Source: Paludibacter sp. (lineage in GTDB: Bacteria > Bacteroidota > Bacteroidia > Bacteroidales > Paludibacteraceae). Taken from it: DNA of 64,000 nt. Below the pieces are notes generated by a model. It saw nothing but the letters and a program-made list of their open reading frames with translations, made no database searches and was not told the origin of the DNA. Location: assembly GCA_047600405.1 (NCBI GenBank), contig JASGLA010000009.1, positions 14,416 to 78,415 of the forward strand. The letters run 5' to 3'. Position numbers and translations under genes: made by a program. Shown in pieces: positions 9,278-18,394 of the stretch; the first letter of the stretch is position 1, and the number at the start of each line of letters is the position of its first letter.

Positions 9278-9775
9278 CTACAGTACCAACTTTTTTTTTA
9301 AATAGGTAGATACATACGCTTCAAATTCTGCAACCGTGATCGAGCCGTTTTTATTAATGTCGATAATGGCATTTTGCCGGGCAATGAGTTCGGCCGATAA
9401 GGTGGATGTTTGCAATACCCATGTAGCCGGTTTACCAATCATAGCCGGGAAGAATACAATTTTGTACAAATCATATACATTACGGATTTTTCCGGCATAA
9501 GGTTGAAAATACTTATACACGTAGTAAAGTTGCTCCACGTTGCTCATAGCATAGAGTTTTTCTACCGTGGTACCTAAACCTATGGCTGTTGATGGCATGA
9601 ATTGAATAAGCCCGGTTGCACGTGTTTTAGGGTTACGCGCCTTTTCGTTTATACGGCTTTCGGCATACATTACCACCATCAAATCATCCGGGTTAATTCC
9701 GAGTGAACGACAATAACGAATCACTTCCGCTTTGAAAGCTGCCACGTTTGTTTTTATAAGATTTTCGTAAATCAT
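9278..9775 (-). CDS. Lytic transglycosylase (SLT-like); TM tail encoded in the -1 frame down to 9201
   Basis: MYAES (catalytic Glu) and ATGLIQFMPSTA motifs. Confidence 0.85.
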   Translation of the reverse strand: MIYENLIKTNVAAFKAEVIRYCRSLGINPDDLMVVMYAESRINEKARNPKTRATGLIQFMPSTAIGLGTTVEKLYAMSNVEQLYYVYKYFQPYAGKIRNVYDLYKIVFFPAMIGKPATWVLQTSTLSAELIARQNAIIDINKNGSITVAEFEAYVSTYLKKKLVL

Positions 9776-9777
9776 AA

Positions 9778-10269
9778 CTATAAATGATTTTCAATTGATT
9801 TTAAAACACTTAGTACCCCTTTTATATATTCCGGGTTGGTAGCATATCCACCTTCACAAATTTCACGTAGCATTTGCGCCGGATCGTCGGTATAGTCAAA
9901 AGCATCCGCGTAACGGCCTGATCCTTTTATCAGTTTTGCATAATCGGTAAAACTTTCGGTTGGGCTTTTGTAAGCCTTGAACCAACGCTTTACAATGTAT
10001 TTGTATTTACTTCCGATGTCCTCAATACGAATAATTACCGGATACTTTACAGTTGCTGTTTTGTGGTACTCTACCGTTTTAAGCAATTGCCTTTTCCCAC
10101 TATAATTTGTTGGGGCTGTATATCCAAAATAATTATATTGCGGGGCTTTTTTACCCCAACCGCTCTCCCAAGCTGCCATTGCCAGTGTAACAAGCGACGG
10201 GATGCCGTATTGCTTTGCTACCTTATTGGCGTGTGGGATATTGGCACGTAAAAAACTTTGAATAGTCAT
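9778..10269 (-). CDS. GH73 / FlgJ-like peptidoglycan hydrolase
   Basis: AAWESGWG, NYFG, FKAYxSxxESFxDY and GYATNPEY motifs. Confidence 0.88.
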   Translation of the reverse strand: MTIQSFLRANIPHANKVAKQYGIPSLVTLAMAAWESGWGKKAPQYNYFGYTAPTNYSGKRQLLKTVEYHKTATVKYPVIIRIEDIGSKYKYIVKRWFKAYKSPTESFTDYAKLIKGSGRYADAFDYTDDPAQMLREICEGGYATNPEYIKGVLSVLKSIENHL

Positions 10270-10281
10270 TTCTTTAAAAAA

Positions 10282-10776
10282 TTATCTGAGCGAACTCAAT
10301 ATTGTTACACCGGCTGCAATCCAGGCAAGCCAATTCGATTTCTTTTTTTCGGGTTCCGGATCAGGTTGTACGCCCGTTTCAGGTGTGTATGGGATATACG
10401 GCCAGTCCTGTTTATTCGGATCACCACCTTTGCCATTGAACCAAATATCATTTACGTGAGCCCAACCGAGTGCTGCACGATCGCAATACAAAAGCCTGAT
10501 TTCGTAGAATTTGCCATCTTCCGAAATTTGACCGGTTAGTTCGCCTATCTGAAAATTTTTAATTGCATTTTCCAGATGCAGGTATTCTTTGTATTTCGGG
10601 TCGAACATACAAGCCTGATGCGATCCGTTGAAGTTCCGGCGTGAATCCATGTTCAATAAATAGCGGTTGTATGTACGTAAACATTCCGCTTTTACCTTTC
10701 GGGCATTCAGAAATACATTTGTCCAGGTGCATTGCATCCAAACCTGTTTCCCTTTTAGTGCTGAATTTGTACTCAT
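10282..10776 (-). CDS. Phage membrane-anchored protein (possible SH3-like domain)
   Basis: C-terminal KKK-SNWLAWIAAGVTIL anchor after a Pro-rich linker. Confidence 0.6.
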   Translation of the reverse strand: MSTNSALKGKQVWMQCTWTNVFLNARKVKAECLRTYNRYLLNMDSRRNFNGSHQACMFDPKYKEYLHLENAIKNFQIGELTGQISEDGKFYEIRLLYCDRAALGWAHVNDIWFNGKGGDPNKQDWPYIPYTPETGVQPDPEPEKKKSNWLAWIAAGVTILSSLR

Positions 10777-11657
10777 TTTCTACGGCTTTGTAAAAAGTTA
10801 TCAATTACACGAAAACCCAGGTATCCAATAGCTAAATATTTAGCTGTAGCAATCAGCGAACCACCGGAAGCAGCTTTTTTTATTCTGTCTGCGTTTTCCT
10901 GATTTTCCGCTAACAGTTGTTCGTATTCTTCCGGTGTAAGTTTGGATAGTAACACGTTAGTAAGTTTTTTACTGTAAACCACATTGTTAGTACTTTCCTT
11001 GTGTGTTTCGCGGAAAATCAGGTAGATAATAGCGCTCAACAATACCGGTACAACTACATAAACCACGATAGCAGCTACCACCGGCGCAATGCCAATGCCC
11101 GGATTATTCATAAATTCCTGTAGATCGGTAGTATATTTATTAAACGTGGTAGGTGTTGCCGTGCGTTTCGATTCCAGAAAAGTAGAACCGGCTATCTTTT
11201 CGTTACGGGCATTCAGTCGGGTTTGTAGCGCGTAAAGTACTTTCTTTTGTTCCTGATCCACGTTACCGCCTTTAATTTTCAATACAGCAGCGCAAAGTAG
11301 GTTATTTTCGTAAATAGCTTTATTGTTGTTTATCAGTTGGTCGATCATTGAACCAACACCGCTTTTTTGTCCAAATGTGTAAATCCGGTACTGTGCCATG
11401 TCGATATAACCAAAATGAATATAGCTATTTGTATATTCTGAAAAAATATCATTTTCAAATTCAACCTGTGCCCAATTAACACCGTTTTCAGTAGTCCAAT
11501 ATCCTGTTAGGAAACCAACACGAACATTTGTTTTATCTGTCTGATAATATTCACCATATCCCGGATAATTTGCATAAACCCCAGTATATGATTTTAAAGA
11601 GATGACCGCTTTACCTTTATAGGAAGCATTGTATTTATCAAAATAACTTTCGTACAT
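10773..11657 (-). CDS. Phage membrane protein (possible SH3-like N-terminus, two hydrophobic segments)
   Basis: 294 aa; TM IAPVVAAIVVYVVVPVLLSAIIYLIF and a C-terminal hydrophobic helix. Confidence 0.65.
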   Translation of the reverse strand: MYESYFDKYNASYKGKAVISLKSYTGVYANYPGYGEYYQTDKTNVRVGFLTGYWTTENGVNWAQVEFENDIFSEYTNSYIHFGYIDMAQYRIYTFGQKSGVGSMIDQLINNNKAIYENNLLCAAVLKIKGGNVDQEQKKVLYALQTRLNARNEKIAGSTFLESKRTATPTTFNKYTTDLQEFMNNPGIGIAPVVAAIVVYVVVPVLLSAIIYLIFRETHKESTNNVVYSKKLTNVLLSKLTPEEYEQLLAENQENADRIKKAASGGSLIATAKYLAIGYLGFRVIDNFLQSRRK

Positions 11658-11665
11658 AGTAGTTT

Positions 11666-12424
11666 TTATTTTAGCATTCCTTTTGCCATGTTATACATTG
11701 GGTCCTTACGCGCTGCCATATCGGCCACGGCTTCTATCAGGGTTAGAAAATCCGGATCGGCTTTACTCCATTTATCCAGTGCCACCATCAGGCGGGTTTG
11801 TTCGTCGCTCAGTTCGGTTGTTTGTTCTGAGTTCTGAGTTTTGAGTTCTGAGTTTTCCGCTTCATCTTCTATTGGTTCAAAATCCGGATCAGGTTCTATC
11901 CCGGCAAGTGCTACCTGGGTAGTAGGGAAAATTTTATTAATCAGTACCGGTGCCAGTTTTCCAACGTAAGGCGATAGCTGGGCGAAAAACTGATTAACCG
12001 GGGTTTTGATCGCGTTTAGTTCCTCGCGTAGTTCTTTTTTTTCAGCCTCCAGTTTTTCGATAAGCATTTTAGTTTCTAGCCTACCGATAGCAGCATCGAC
12101 TTTTTCCTGGACATATTCTGCCGTAAATCCCTGTATTGATGGTTGCTGTTGCATACCGTTTACTGATGAGCTTTCTGATATATTTTTAAATTCCTCGAAA
12201 TAGTTACCGCGGTTTACGCCTTTTTTGCTTCCAGCTTTGATTATAAACCGCCCGCCGGTGGATAAGTCCATCACGTCGCGAAAACGCTTCACGTTGTCAG
12301 CAAAAACCGCCCCGTCGGTACTTTCAAATACCAGTGAGTTTTCGGCATCTTTTACCATCACCCGCCAGTAATCCAGTTGGTTCACTTCCAACCATTTTAT
12401 TACATTCTCCACATTTGCAATCAT
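11666..12424 (-). CDS. Phage hypothetical protein with coiled coil
   Basis: 252-aa ORF in the late operon, central heptad repeat. Confidence 0.7.
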   Translation of the reverse strand: MIANVENVIKWLEVNQLDYWRVMVKDAENSLVFESTDGAVFADNVKRFRDVMDLSTGGRFIIKAGSKKGVNRGNYFEEFKNISESSSVNGMQQQPSIQGFTAEYVQEKVDAAIGRLETKMLIEKLEAEKKELREELNAIKTPVNQFFAQLSPYVGKLAPVLINKIFPTTQVALAGIEPDPDFEPIEDEAENSELKTQNSEQTTELSDEQTRLMVALDKWSKADPDFLTLIEAVADMAARKDPMYNMAKGMLK

Positions 12425-12429
12425 AGCCG

Positions 12430-13194
12430 TTACCTCCCGTTATTAGTGTCATCAATAATTGCGTTGAATAATACCGTTTTCAAATCATTGGCCGTGGTTG
12501 CCAGGCTGGTAATGTACGAGTTTTGCAAATCTACTTTCAAACCCTGCAAGCGGATAGGATAGTAGTTATTTGTTTGGTCGAAAAGATAAAGCGGTACATT
12601 AAAAAAATATTGTAAGTTTCTGTAACTAAGTGTCATAAACTTGTTATTGAAAATCGTACAAACGGCCGAATTATCAGGCGCAAATGATGGACTGCTCAAT
12701 AACAGGCTTACAATGCGTTGGTTACGAAATTCGAGGTTATCCGGGAAGAATGTTTTCAGCCCTGCAATTTTTATTTGCAACGGTAAAATTTTAGTGCGTT
12801 GGTTATTCTCATTAATCACGCTCCACATTTCGGGCTCATTGTACCAGATAACAGCGAAAAATGATTGATTAGCAATACTGGCAGCTCCTTTATATTCGAT
12901 GAAAGTACGTTGAAAATCAATGATTTTATTTACAAATAACCTGTTACCGTTTACGCTCAACTGGCTAACCGGCAAATCACGGATCAATTGTTTGCTTGAA
13001 TTAAGTTCCATTACGGTTAAGTAAGTATCAGTTGTACCCGCGCAAACTTTACCGGATGGGCTGTTTGGCATTACGCAAAAGTCGATGTGTTTCACACGCT
13101 TATTACGAAGTTGAGGAACATCCGGGAAATATATTTTTGTTGAACCGTTGTACGGTAATTCGAGGCCATAAGCCCCGCTAATCATTTTATTCAT
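12430..13194 (-). CDS. Tandem two-domain beta protein, candidate jelly-roll capsid/vertex protein
   Basis: Internal duplication: YFPDVPQLRNKRVKHI vs FFPDNLEFRNQRIVSL; IDFQRTFI vs VDLQNSYI. Confidence 0.55.
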   Translation of the reverse strand: MNKMISGAYGLELPYNGSTKIYFPDVPQLRNKRVKHIDFCVMPNSPSGKVCAGTTDTYLTVMELNSSKQLIRDLPVSQLSVNGNRLFVNKIIDFQRTFIEYKGAASIANQSFFAVIWYNEPEMWSVINENNQRTKILPLQIKIAGLKTFFPDNLEFRNQRIVSLLLSSPSFAPDNSAVCTIFNNKFMTLSYRNLQYFFNVPLYLFDQTNNYYPIRLQGLKVDLQNSYITSLATTANDLKTVLFNAIIDDTNNGR

Positions 13195-13200
13195 AATCGT

Positions 13201-13980
13201 TTAATATATAAAAGTAAGTTTTACACGGTCATATACGGTTCTCATTGGTGCATACAGAATATCGCTGAATTTACCGCGTTGTCTGAAGTAAGATTTTGTA
13301 ACATTTATTTCGATATTATCAAAATAAAATTCTTTGGTGTCCTGAATTTCGAGCAGCGTAACCGGTAGATTTTGTATGTGTTTCCCGTCTGTGCAATATA
13401 AATCCAGGTAACTGGATGGATGCATGTATTTGAATTCCGGGATAATTTTTTTTATTTTTTTTCCGGTTAGTTCCGATGGAATTACATTTTTCAGGCAAAT
13501 GTCCTGATATTCGGAATTAATAGGCATTTCAACGGTAAACGATCCGTTTATTTCATTGTCGAATTTTTGAAAATTCTGTGTCTGGTAAAAAACAAGCATC
13601 AATATCTCACGGATACCAGGTTCCGGCATGATATTGTAAGATATATAAGATTTGTAAATATCAATAACCCGGTCGATGGTAATTTCGTCGAAATTATGAT
13701 CTGAAATAGAAAGGATGTTATTATTGAACGAGAAATTTTTTACAAATTGGTTCCCGGCAGAATCGGTTAAATTCAAAAAATAATCTTCGATGCCAATTGG
13801 ACCAATAACACTGAGTTCAGCATCTTTATACGGGAGTTTCATTAATAAATCCCAATCACCACAAAAGAGGTAAATACCATTAATTTTTTTATCCTTGATA
13901 ATATCAAATGACATTGGTATACGGTGATCGGCTGGATTAACCAGAATAGAGAGGCAAGCGAGGTTTTGAATAATTGTCAT
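13201..13980 (-). CDS. Paralog of the 12430-13194 two-domain beta protein
   Basis: Halves share IKDKKINGI / LTGKKIKKI and IDIYKSYI / INVTKSYF; start placed at ATG 13980 because a terminator overlaps the longer ORF. Confidence 0.55.
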   Translation of the reverse strand: MTIIQNLACLSILVNPADHRIPMSFDIIKDKKINGIYLFCGDWDLLMKLPYKDAELSVIGPIGIEDYFLNLTDSAGNQFVKNFSFNNNILSISDHNFDEITIDRVIDIYKSYISYNIMPEPGIREILMLVFYQTQNFQKFDNEINGSFTVEMPINSEYQDICLKNVIPSELTGKKIKKIIPEFKYMHPSSYLDLYCTDGKHIQNLPVTLLEIQDTKEFYFDNIEINVTKSYFRQRGKFSDILYAPMRTVYDRVKLTFIY

Positions 13981-14016
13981 AATGTATAATTTAGCAGTAA
14001 GAGGTAAGTAGTAAGT

Positions 14017-14063
14017 AAAAAAAAACCGCTTACTTACTTTATTCAAATTTCAGTAAGCGGTTT
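14017..14063 (-). terminator. Intrinsic terminator/attenuator directly after the candidate major capsid gene
   Basis: Minus strand AAACCGCTTACT...AGTAAGCGG followed by T9. Confidence 0.75.
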
Positions 14064-14105
14064 CCGTGGCTATCAGCAGAATGTATCAGCTAACGAAAGT
14101 TTTGG

Positions 14106-14816
14106 TTAGAAACAATCGTTGTATGGATTGTCCGATGAATGGTTATCCTCTGTAGTTCCGCCTTCGTACAACCAACCCTCTACGACCAATACGGCATAAG
14201 CTGTACAGTTAGCTTCAGCTGCAATTGTACACGATGGAAACTCCAGCGTGATCGGTTGATCTTTGGTACCTGCCAATACGATTTCCTCGGCAAGTTCTAC
14301 CAAAATATTTTCCTGTTTGAACTCTGGAGCAATACCCAAACTTGCCACAGCAGCACCGTTGTAGTAAGTAGTAGGTTGTACGCGGGGGACATTCAGGAAC
14401 GGTGCAGTTGGGAACCCTGAGAAATTCACGGTTGAGCCGGTTTTCATTGAAAGTTTACCGTTGTATATGGCGTAAGCCTTCGTATCGGTCAAACCTTTCA
14501 GTCCGGTTGGTAGAGCGGTACCGGAAACAACCGGATACGAATAAATAGGAGCGGTGCCTTTAGCCGCGTCCAATTCTACCATAATACCTAACCCGATGGC
14601 ACGTGCAACGAACAAATCATTACGTTTGAGCAGTTGCTCAACGGCATGTTTCAACGAAGCATCTTTTTTCAGGTCAAATGTCATGATACCATTATTGGCC
14701 GTAAACGGAACCACGGCGCGCAAAGTAGAACGTTGAGGGGCAATTCCTTTTTTACCGTAGAATTTCAAACCCTTATCGAAACGTTCGCGAATAAAGCGAA
14801 TATCTGTTTTACTCAT
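14106..14816 (-). CDS. Candidate major capsid protein (single jelly-roll-like)
   Basis: 236 aa, beta-strand rich, no TM, followed by its own terminator; no HK97 features recognised; fold is inferred. Confidence 0.5.
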   Translation of the reverse strand: MSKTDIRFIRERFDKGLKFYGKKGIAPQRSTLRAVVPFTANNGIMTFDLKKDASLKHAVEQLLKRNDLFVARAIGLGIMVELDAAKGTAPIYSYPVVSGTALPTGLKGLTDTKAYAIYNGKLSMKTGSTVNFSGFPTAPFLNVPRVQPTTYYNGAAVASLGIAPEFKQENILVELAEEIVLAGTKDQPITLEFPSCTIAAEANCTAYAVLVVEGWLYEGGTTEDNHSSDNPYNDCF

Positions 14817-14852
14817 TTTTCTGTTTTATTTGAGTGATTAATAATTAATTGA

Positions 14853-15251
14853 TTACTGAACGTTTGAGGCTTTACCAGCAGGTTTAGAGGCTACGTTTTT
14901 ACCTGGGCGGTAGTCAGGTTTCCAGTCGCTTGAACCAATAGCGCGTATGTCTTTCAATCCGGTAGTGGTTGCAGCTGGAGCATTGGTAATACCGAGTTTT
15001 CCGGCAAGGTCGTTACGTTCTGCCAGGCGGTATGCACCTACAGCGATAAGAGAGTGACCGGCAGTTTCTACCATGTCATTTTTTACCAATTGGGGAAGCA
15101 AAGCACCACCCACGATGAAAGCAGCATCCACGATGTCCTGATCGGTAGAAGCCATTGCTTCACTAATCACATTTGCCACGGCTCCCGTAGCACCGGCGGT
15201 TACTGTGTTGATTGCGATTTTTTTAAAATCGAATTTTGATTTTTTTGCCAT
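14853..15251 (-). CDS. Small Ala/Gly-rich membrane-associated virion protein
   Basis: 132 aa, basic N-terminus, three moderately hydrophobic helices, immediately upstream of the capsid candidate. Confidence 0.6.
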   Translation of the reverse strand: MAKKSKFDFKKIAINTVTAGATGAVANVISEAMASTDQDIVDAAFIVGGALLPQLVKNDMVETAGHSLIAVGAYRLAERNDLAGKLGITNAPAATTTGLKDIRAIGSSDWKPDYRPGKNVASKPAGKASNVQ

Positions 15252-15274
15252 TCTGATTTTGAATTGATGTTAGG

Positions 15275-15457
15275 TTACTTTACTTTTTTCGCCTTGATTT
15301 TTTTTACCTGGTCCTTAATGGATGCTTTTTTCTTTACAGCAGCAATTTTTGGAGCATTATCCTTATTTACCTGCTCACACTTTTTTTTGTAATTTTCCCA
15401 AACTTCTAATGAAGCATTTTGCTTTGGGGCTTTTGGAAATTTTTTAAGTTTCGCCAT
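15275..15457 (-). CDS. Very basic 60-aa protein, possible DNA-condensing core protein
   Basis: About one third Lys, AT-rich Bacteroidota-type leader. Confidence 0.6.
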   Translation of the reverse strand: MAKLKKFPKAPKQNASLEVWENYKKKCEQVNKDNAPKIAAVKKKASIKDQVKKIKAKKVK

Positions 15458-15518
15458 TTGTTTTAAAAATTAGAATGAATGAATTGAAATTTATTTTTAT
15501 TTTTTCTTGAAGCCTTTT

Positions 15519-15935
15519 TTAAACGTGCCTACATGTATTATTTGAATTGTTGGCTGTAACGTTATTCGAGTAGTGATTAATTGAACTCTTTGTGTCAATG
15601 TATCGGACAAATGGTAGAGGCAATAACCGGCTAATACGTTTCTCTGTATAAATTTGATAAGTGTATAATTGTAGGTGTAAATAACCTGTATCAATTGATC
15701 GGATAACAGGTATATTTTTAGTACAATTATTTTCCTGAATGACCGTATTTTTGAATAAAAAACACTGATCTGTTACAGGTAAAAAAGAAACTGAATTGGC
15801 GGTTCTGTCAACGGATTGACTAACCGATACTGAGCACTCAGGCGGTGAAGCTTTGTGATGTGGTGAAGCTGTGAGCGGTTGTGCCATCAAAAGCACCATT
15901 GTAAGACAAATAAAAAATCCTAAAAGCTTTTTCAT
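15519..15935 (-). CDS. Hypothetical protein with signal peptide
   Basis: MKKLLGFFICLTMVLLMAQPLTA signal peptide. Confidence 0.5.
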   Translation of the reverse strand: MKKLLGFFICLTMVLLMAQPLTASPHHKASPPECSVSVSQSVDRTANSVSFLPVTDQCFLFKNTVIQENNCTKNIPVIRSIDTGYLHLQLYTYQIYTEKRISRLLPLPFVRYIDTKSSINHYSNNVTANNSNNTCRHV

Positions 15936-15969
15936 GTTTTTGAACTTTAATTTATTGATTGATAGAAAA

Positions 15970-16617
15970 TTATTTTGTTTTTGATTTCAATGCCTTTTTG
16001 TCTGAAAACAGGGTAGCCACAATAGCAGCACCAACCACCCACGGCAGATAGGTTGATATATCAGCCGTAGCCGGTTTGTCTAGGTCTGTCCAGTCGGTTG
16101 TAACCGGGGTGTTGTCGGCCGTTTTTTTATTGATACCGATAGCATTAATCAGGTCGATAATCCATTTCACCACCTGTCCTATATCGTCAAAGAGATTGGT
16201 GTTGCTTCCGGTAGCTGTCTTTACCTGCATATTATTCAGGTTAGTAACTATTTGCTGATTGGTTGGCATAGTTACCGGCTTTACGTCTATACCCTGTGTA
16301 GGAATTGGCAGCGGTGCCACTTCACCCAATCCGCTCACGGTGGTAGTGGTAGAAATAGCTGTGTTATAAATCTGTGTAAGAACCTGTGCGGGTGTCATCC
16401 CGTAGCGTTCTTTAATTCCGGTTTCAATAATAAATACCAGTTGATCGAAATTATAAACCCCGTTCCAACGGTCGAGTGTACGTAAAAAAGCAATCTGATT
16501 TTTGCGTTTTCGCATGATAGCAGCCGGAAGTTTGGCATCTTTGGCAATAAAGATGTATAAAAACCAACTGGAACATTTTTTTAATGTATCTGAAAATAAC
16601 CCGTTTACTCGTTTCAT
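15970..16617 (-). CDS. Membrane-anchored virion protein sharing a domain with the adjacent protease
   Basis: C-terminal TM (YLPWVVGAAIVATLF) plus Lys tail; DTLKKxxxxFLYIFI...PAA...KR motif. Confidence 0.7.
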   Translation of the reverse strand: MKRVNGLFSDTLKKCSSWFLYIFIAKDAKLPAAIMRKRKNQIAFLRTLDRWNGVYNFDQLVFIIETGIKERYGMTPAQVLTQIYNTAISTTTTVSGLGEVAPLPIPTQGIDVKPVTMPTNQQIVTNLNNMQVKTATGSNTNLFDDIGQVVKWIIDLINAIGINKKTADNTPVTTDWTDLDKPATADISTYLPWVVGAAIVATLFSDKKALKSKTK

Positions 16618-16645
16618 ATAATGATTAGTGATTAGTGATTAATGA

Positions 16646-18361
16646 TTAGTGTTTTCGGAAAAATCCAATTAATGCAGCTAACCCAATGGCAACGGGAAGC
16701 CCGATACTTACAAAAGATGATTGTGAAGCTGTAGAGGCCGTTGCACCTTTTTTAGTTGTAAATAGTTCGGCATTCACATCGGCACCACCGTTTTTAATGT
16801 CCTCGTTGGTAGGTGTTGTTTTGGGTGGCCATATAGCGCGTACAATAGCAATAAGCCCTATAACGATAGAGATAATAGTAGCAATGGTAGCCAGTGTAAT
16901 AGGTTCGCCAATGCGTATATTATCGCGTTTGCATTTAGCTATGTATGCTTCCGGTTCCATGCCTGTACGGGCAATGATACCGGCGCGGATCAGGTTTAGC
17001 TTTGTAGCGCGTTTGTGGAAAATATCCAACGCCAGCCAGTCGAACACCTGTTTTTGTGCCAGCCGTTTTTTAGCCACAGCAGCCGGATAGTTTTTAACCT
17101 CACCATCGGGGATAAACAGGTACAGAAAATAGTAACCTGATTTTTTAATGGTATCGCCAATAACATCCAGCGACCCAATGCGCGAACCTGTAATACTTAC
17201 CGGTTCCATATCCTGGAATACATTTTCTACCAGCATATCCCAGGTTTTTTGGTCATATACATTTAATAGTTCGTTACTATTATTTGTATATTCATAGTCC
17301 AACCGGTTAAGAAGCTCATCCAACGCATCACCCCTCACATCTTCGACCATACTTGCCGAGTTAAACCAACCCATTTTGACCATGCCACAAACGATGAGTG
17401 ATATTCGTTTGTATTCGTCCATGTTTCCGTTTACCCGGTTGTACGCCCAAAGAAGCGCGGTAGTGATGTCCAGTTGGTTATAGTACCAAAGTTTCAGATC
17501 GTTGGTAGTGGCAATGTTTACCATTTCCAACAGCAAATCGAAACGGGAGTACAAAAAATGTTTACCCGGTGTAATATCAAACTCACTTTCGTTACCAGTC
17601 CACACAGCGTATCGGTCATTATCCACACCCTCAGCATCTTCACCAATCGGGTTTCCGGTTGGATCGCCACCTGGGTCTTGTGGGTTCAGGTCACCGGTGG
17701 GGTAACCTATAGGGTCACCGGTTGGATCATTACCAGGATCGGTAAAACCATTATCCGAATAAATATCATACGGCTGTACCTGGGTGGAATCCATAGCCAA
17801 ACGGCCGATCTGTTTTTTTCGCCTTGTTTTACCAATTCCGGCCAAATACGCTATTTTAGTTCCTTTTGACATATCGCAACGATAAGTGTATTTAAGTTCT
17901 TTGTTGAATGGCTGTTGCGCCTGTACGTACGCCACAGCATCTATAATTAATTGACAATTGACAGTTGACAATTGAGAATTATCAAAAGCAACCACGTAAA
18001 CATGGGTAGCTTCCTTTCGGCGGTCGTAACTCACAAAGCGGAATACGTGATCTATACCGAGGTATCGAAGTACTACAGCCGTAAAGAGTGAGTAACTTTT
18101 GCAATCGCCAACCCCGTCGTAAATAAGGCGGGCAGGGGTTTTAATTTCCTGTTTGCCTACATCTGCCCGGTAGCGTATATTTTTAATAAGATAAGCCCAT
18201 ATATTGTGGCATGTATCGGTTACGGTTTCGCCTTGTAACTCCCGCGCCAAATCGGCAATCTGATTATCGTTTTCAATTTCGTACGCCATCATTACCACGC
18301 TGATAATGTCGGATGTATCGCCATCCTGAAAAATGGTTTGGTACGTGTTTTTTATTTGCAT
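16646..18361 (-). CDS. Transglutaminase-like cysteine protease domain protein, membrane anchored
   Basis: GDCKS (Cys), THVYVV (His), IIDAV (Asp) triad; two C-terminal TM segments. Confidence 0.8.
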   Translation of the reverse strand: MQIKNTYQTIFQDGDTSDIISVVMMAYEIENDNQIADLARELQGETVTDTCHNIWAYLIKNIRYRADVGKQEIKTPARLIYDGVGDCKSYSLFTAVVLRYLGIDHVFRFVSYDRRKEATHVYVVAFDNSQLSTVNCQLIIDAVAYVQAQQPFNKELKYTYRCDMSKGTKIAYLAGIGKTRRKKQIGRLAMDSTQVQPYDIYSDNGFTDPGNDPTGDPIGYPTGDLNPQDPGGDPTGNPIGEDAEGVDNDRYAVWTGNESEFDITPGKHFLYSRFDLLLEMVNIATTNDLKLWYYNQLDITTALLWAYNRVNGNMDEYKRISLIVCGMVKMGWFNSASMVEDVRGDALDELLNRLDYEYTNNSNELLNVYDQKTWDMLVENVFQDMEPVSITGSRIGSLDVIGDTIKKSGYYFLYLFIPDGEVKNYPAAVAKKRLAQKQVFDWLALDIFHKRATKLNLIRAGIIARTGMEPEAYIAKCKRDNIRIGEPITLATIATIISIVIGLIAIVRAIWPPKTTPTNEDIKNGGADVNAELFTTKKGATASTASQSSFVSIGLPVAIGLAALIGFFRKH

Positions 18362-18394
18362 ATTTTTCCCCGGAATCGGAGTTCCGGGCTCCCG

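Noticed and set aside
13981-14046. N-terminal extension of the 13201 ORF
   Set aside because: It overlaps the terminator hairpin and U-tract; the ATG at 13980 is more plausible
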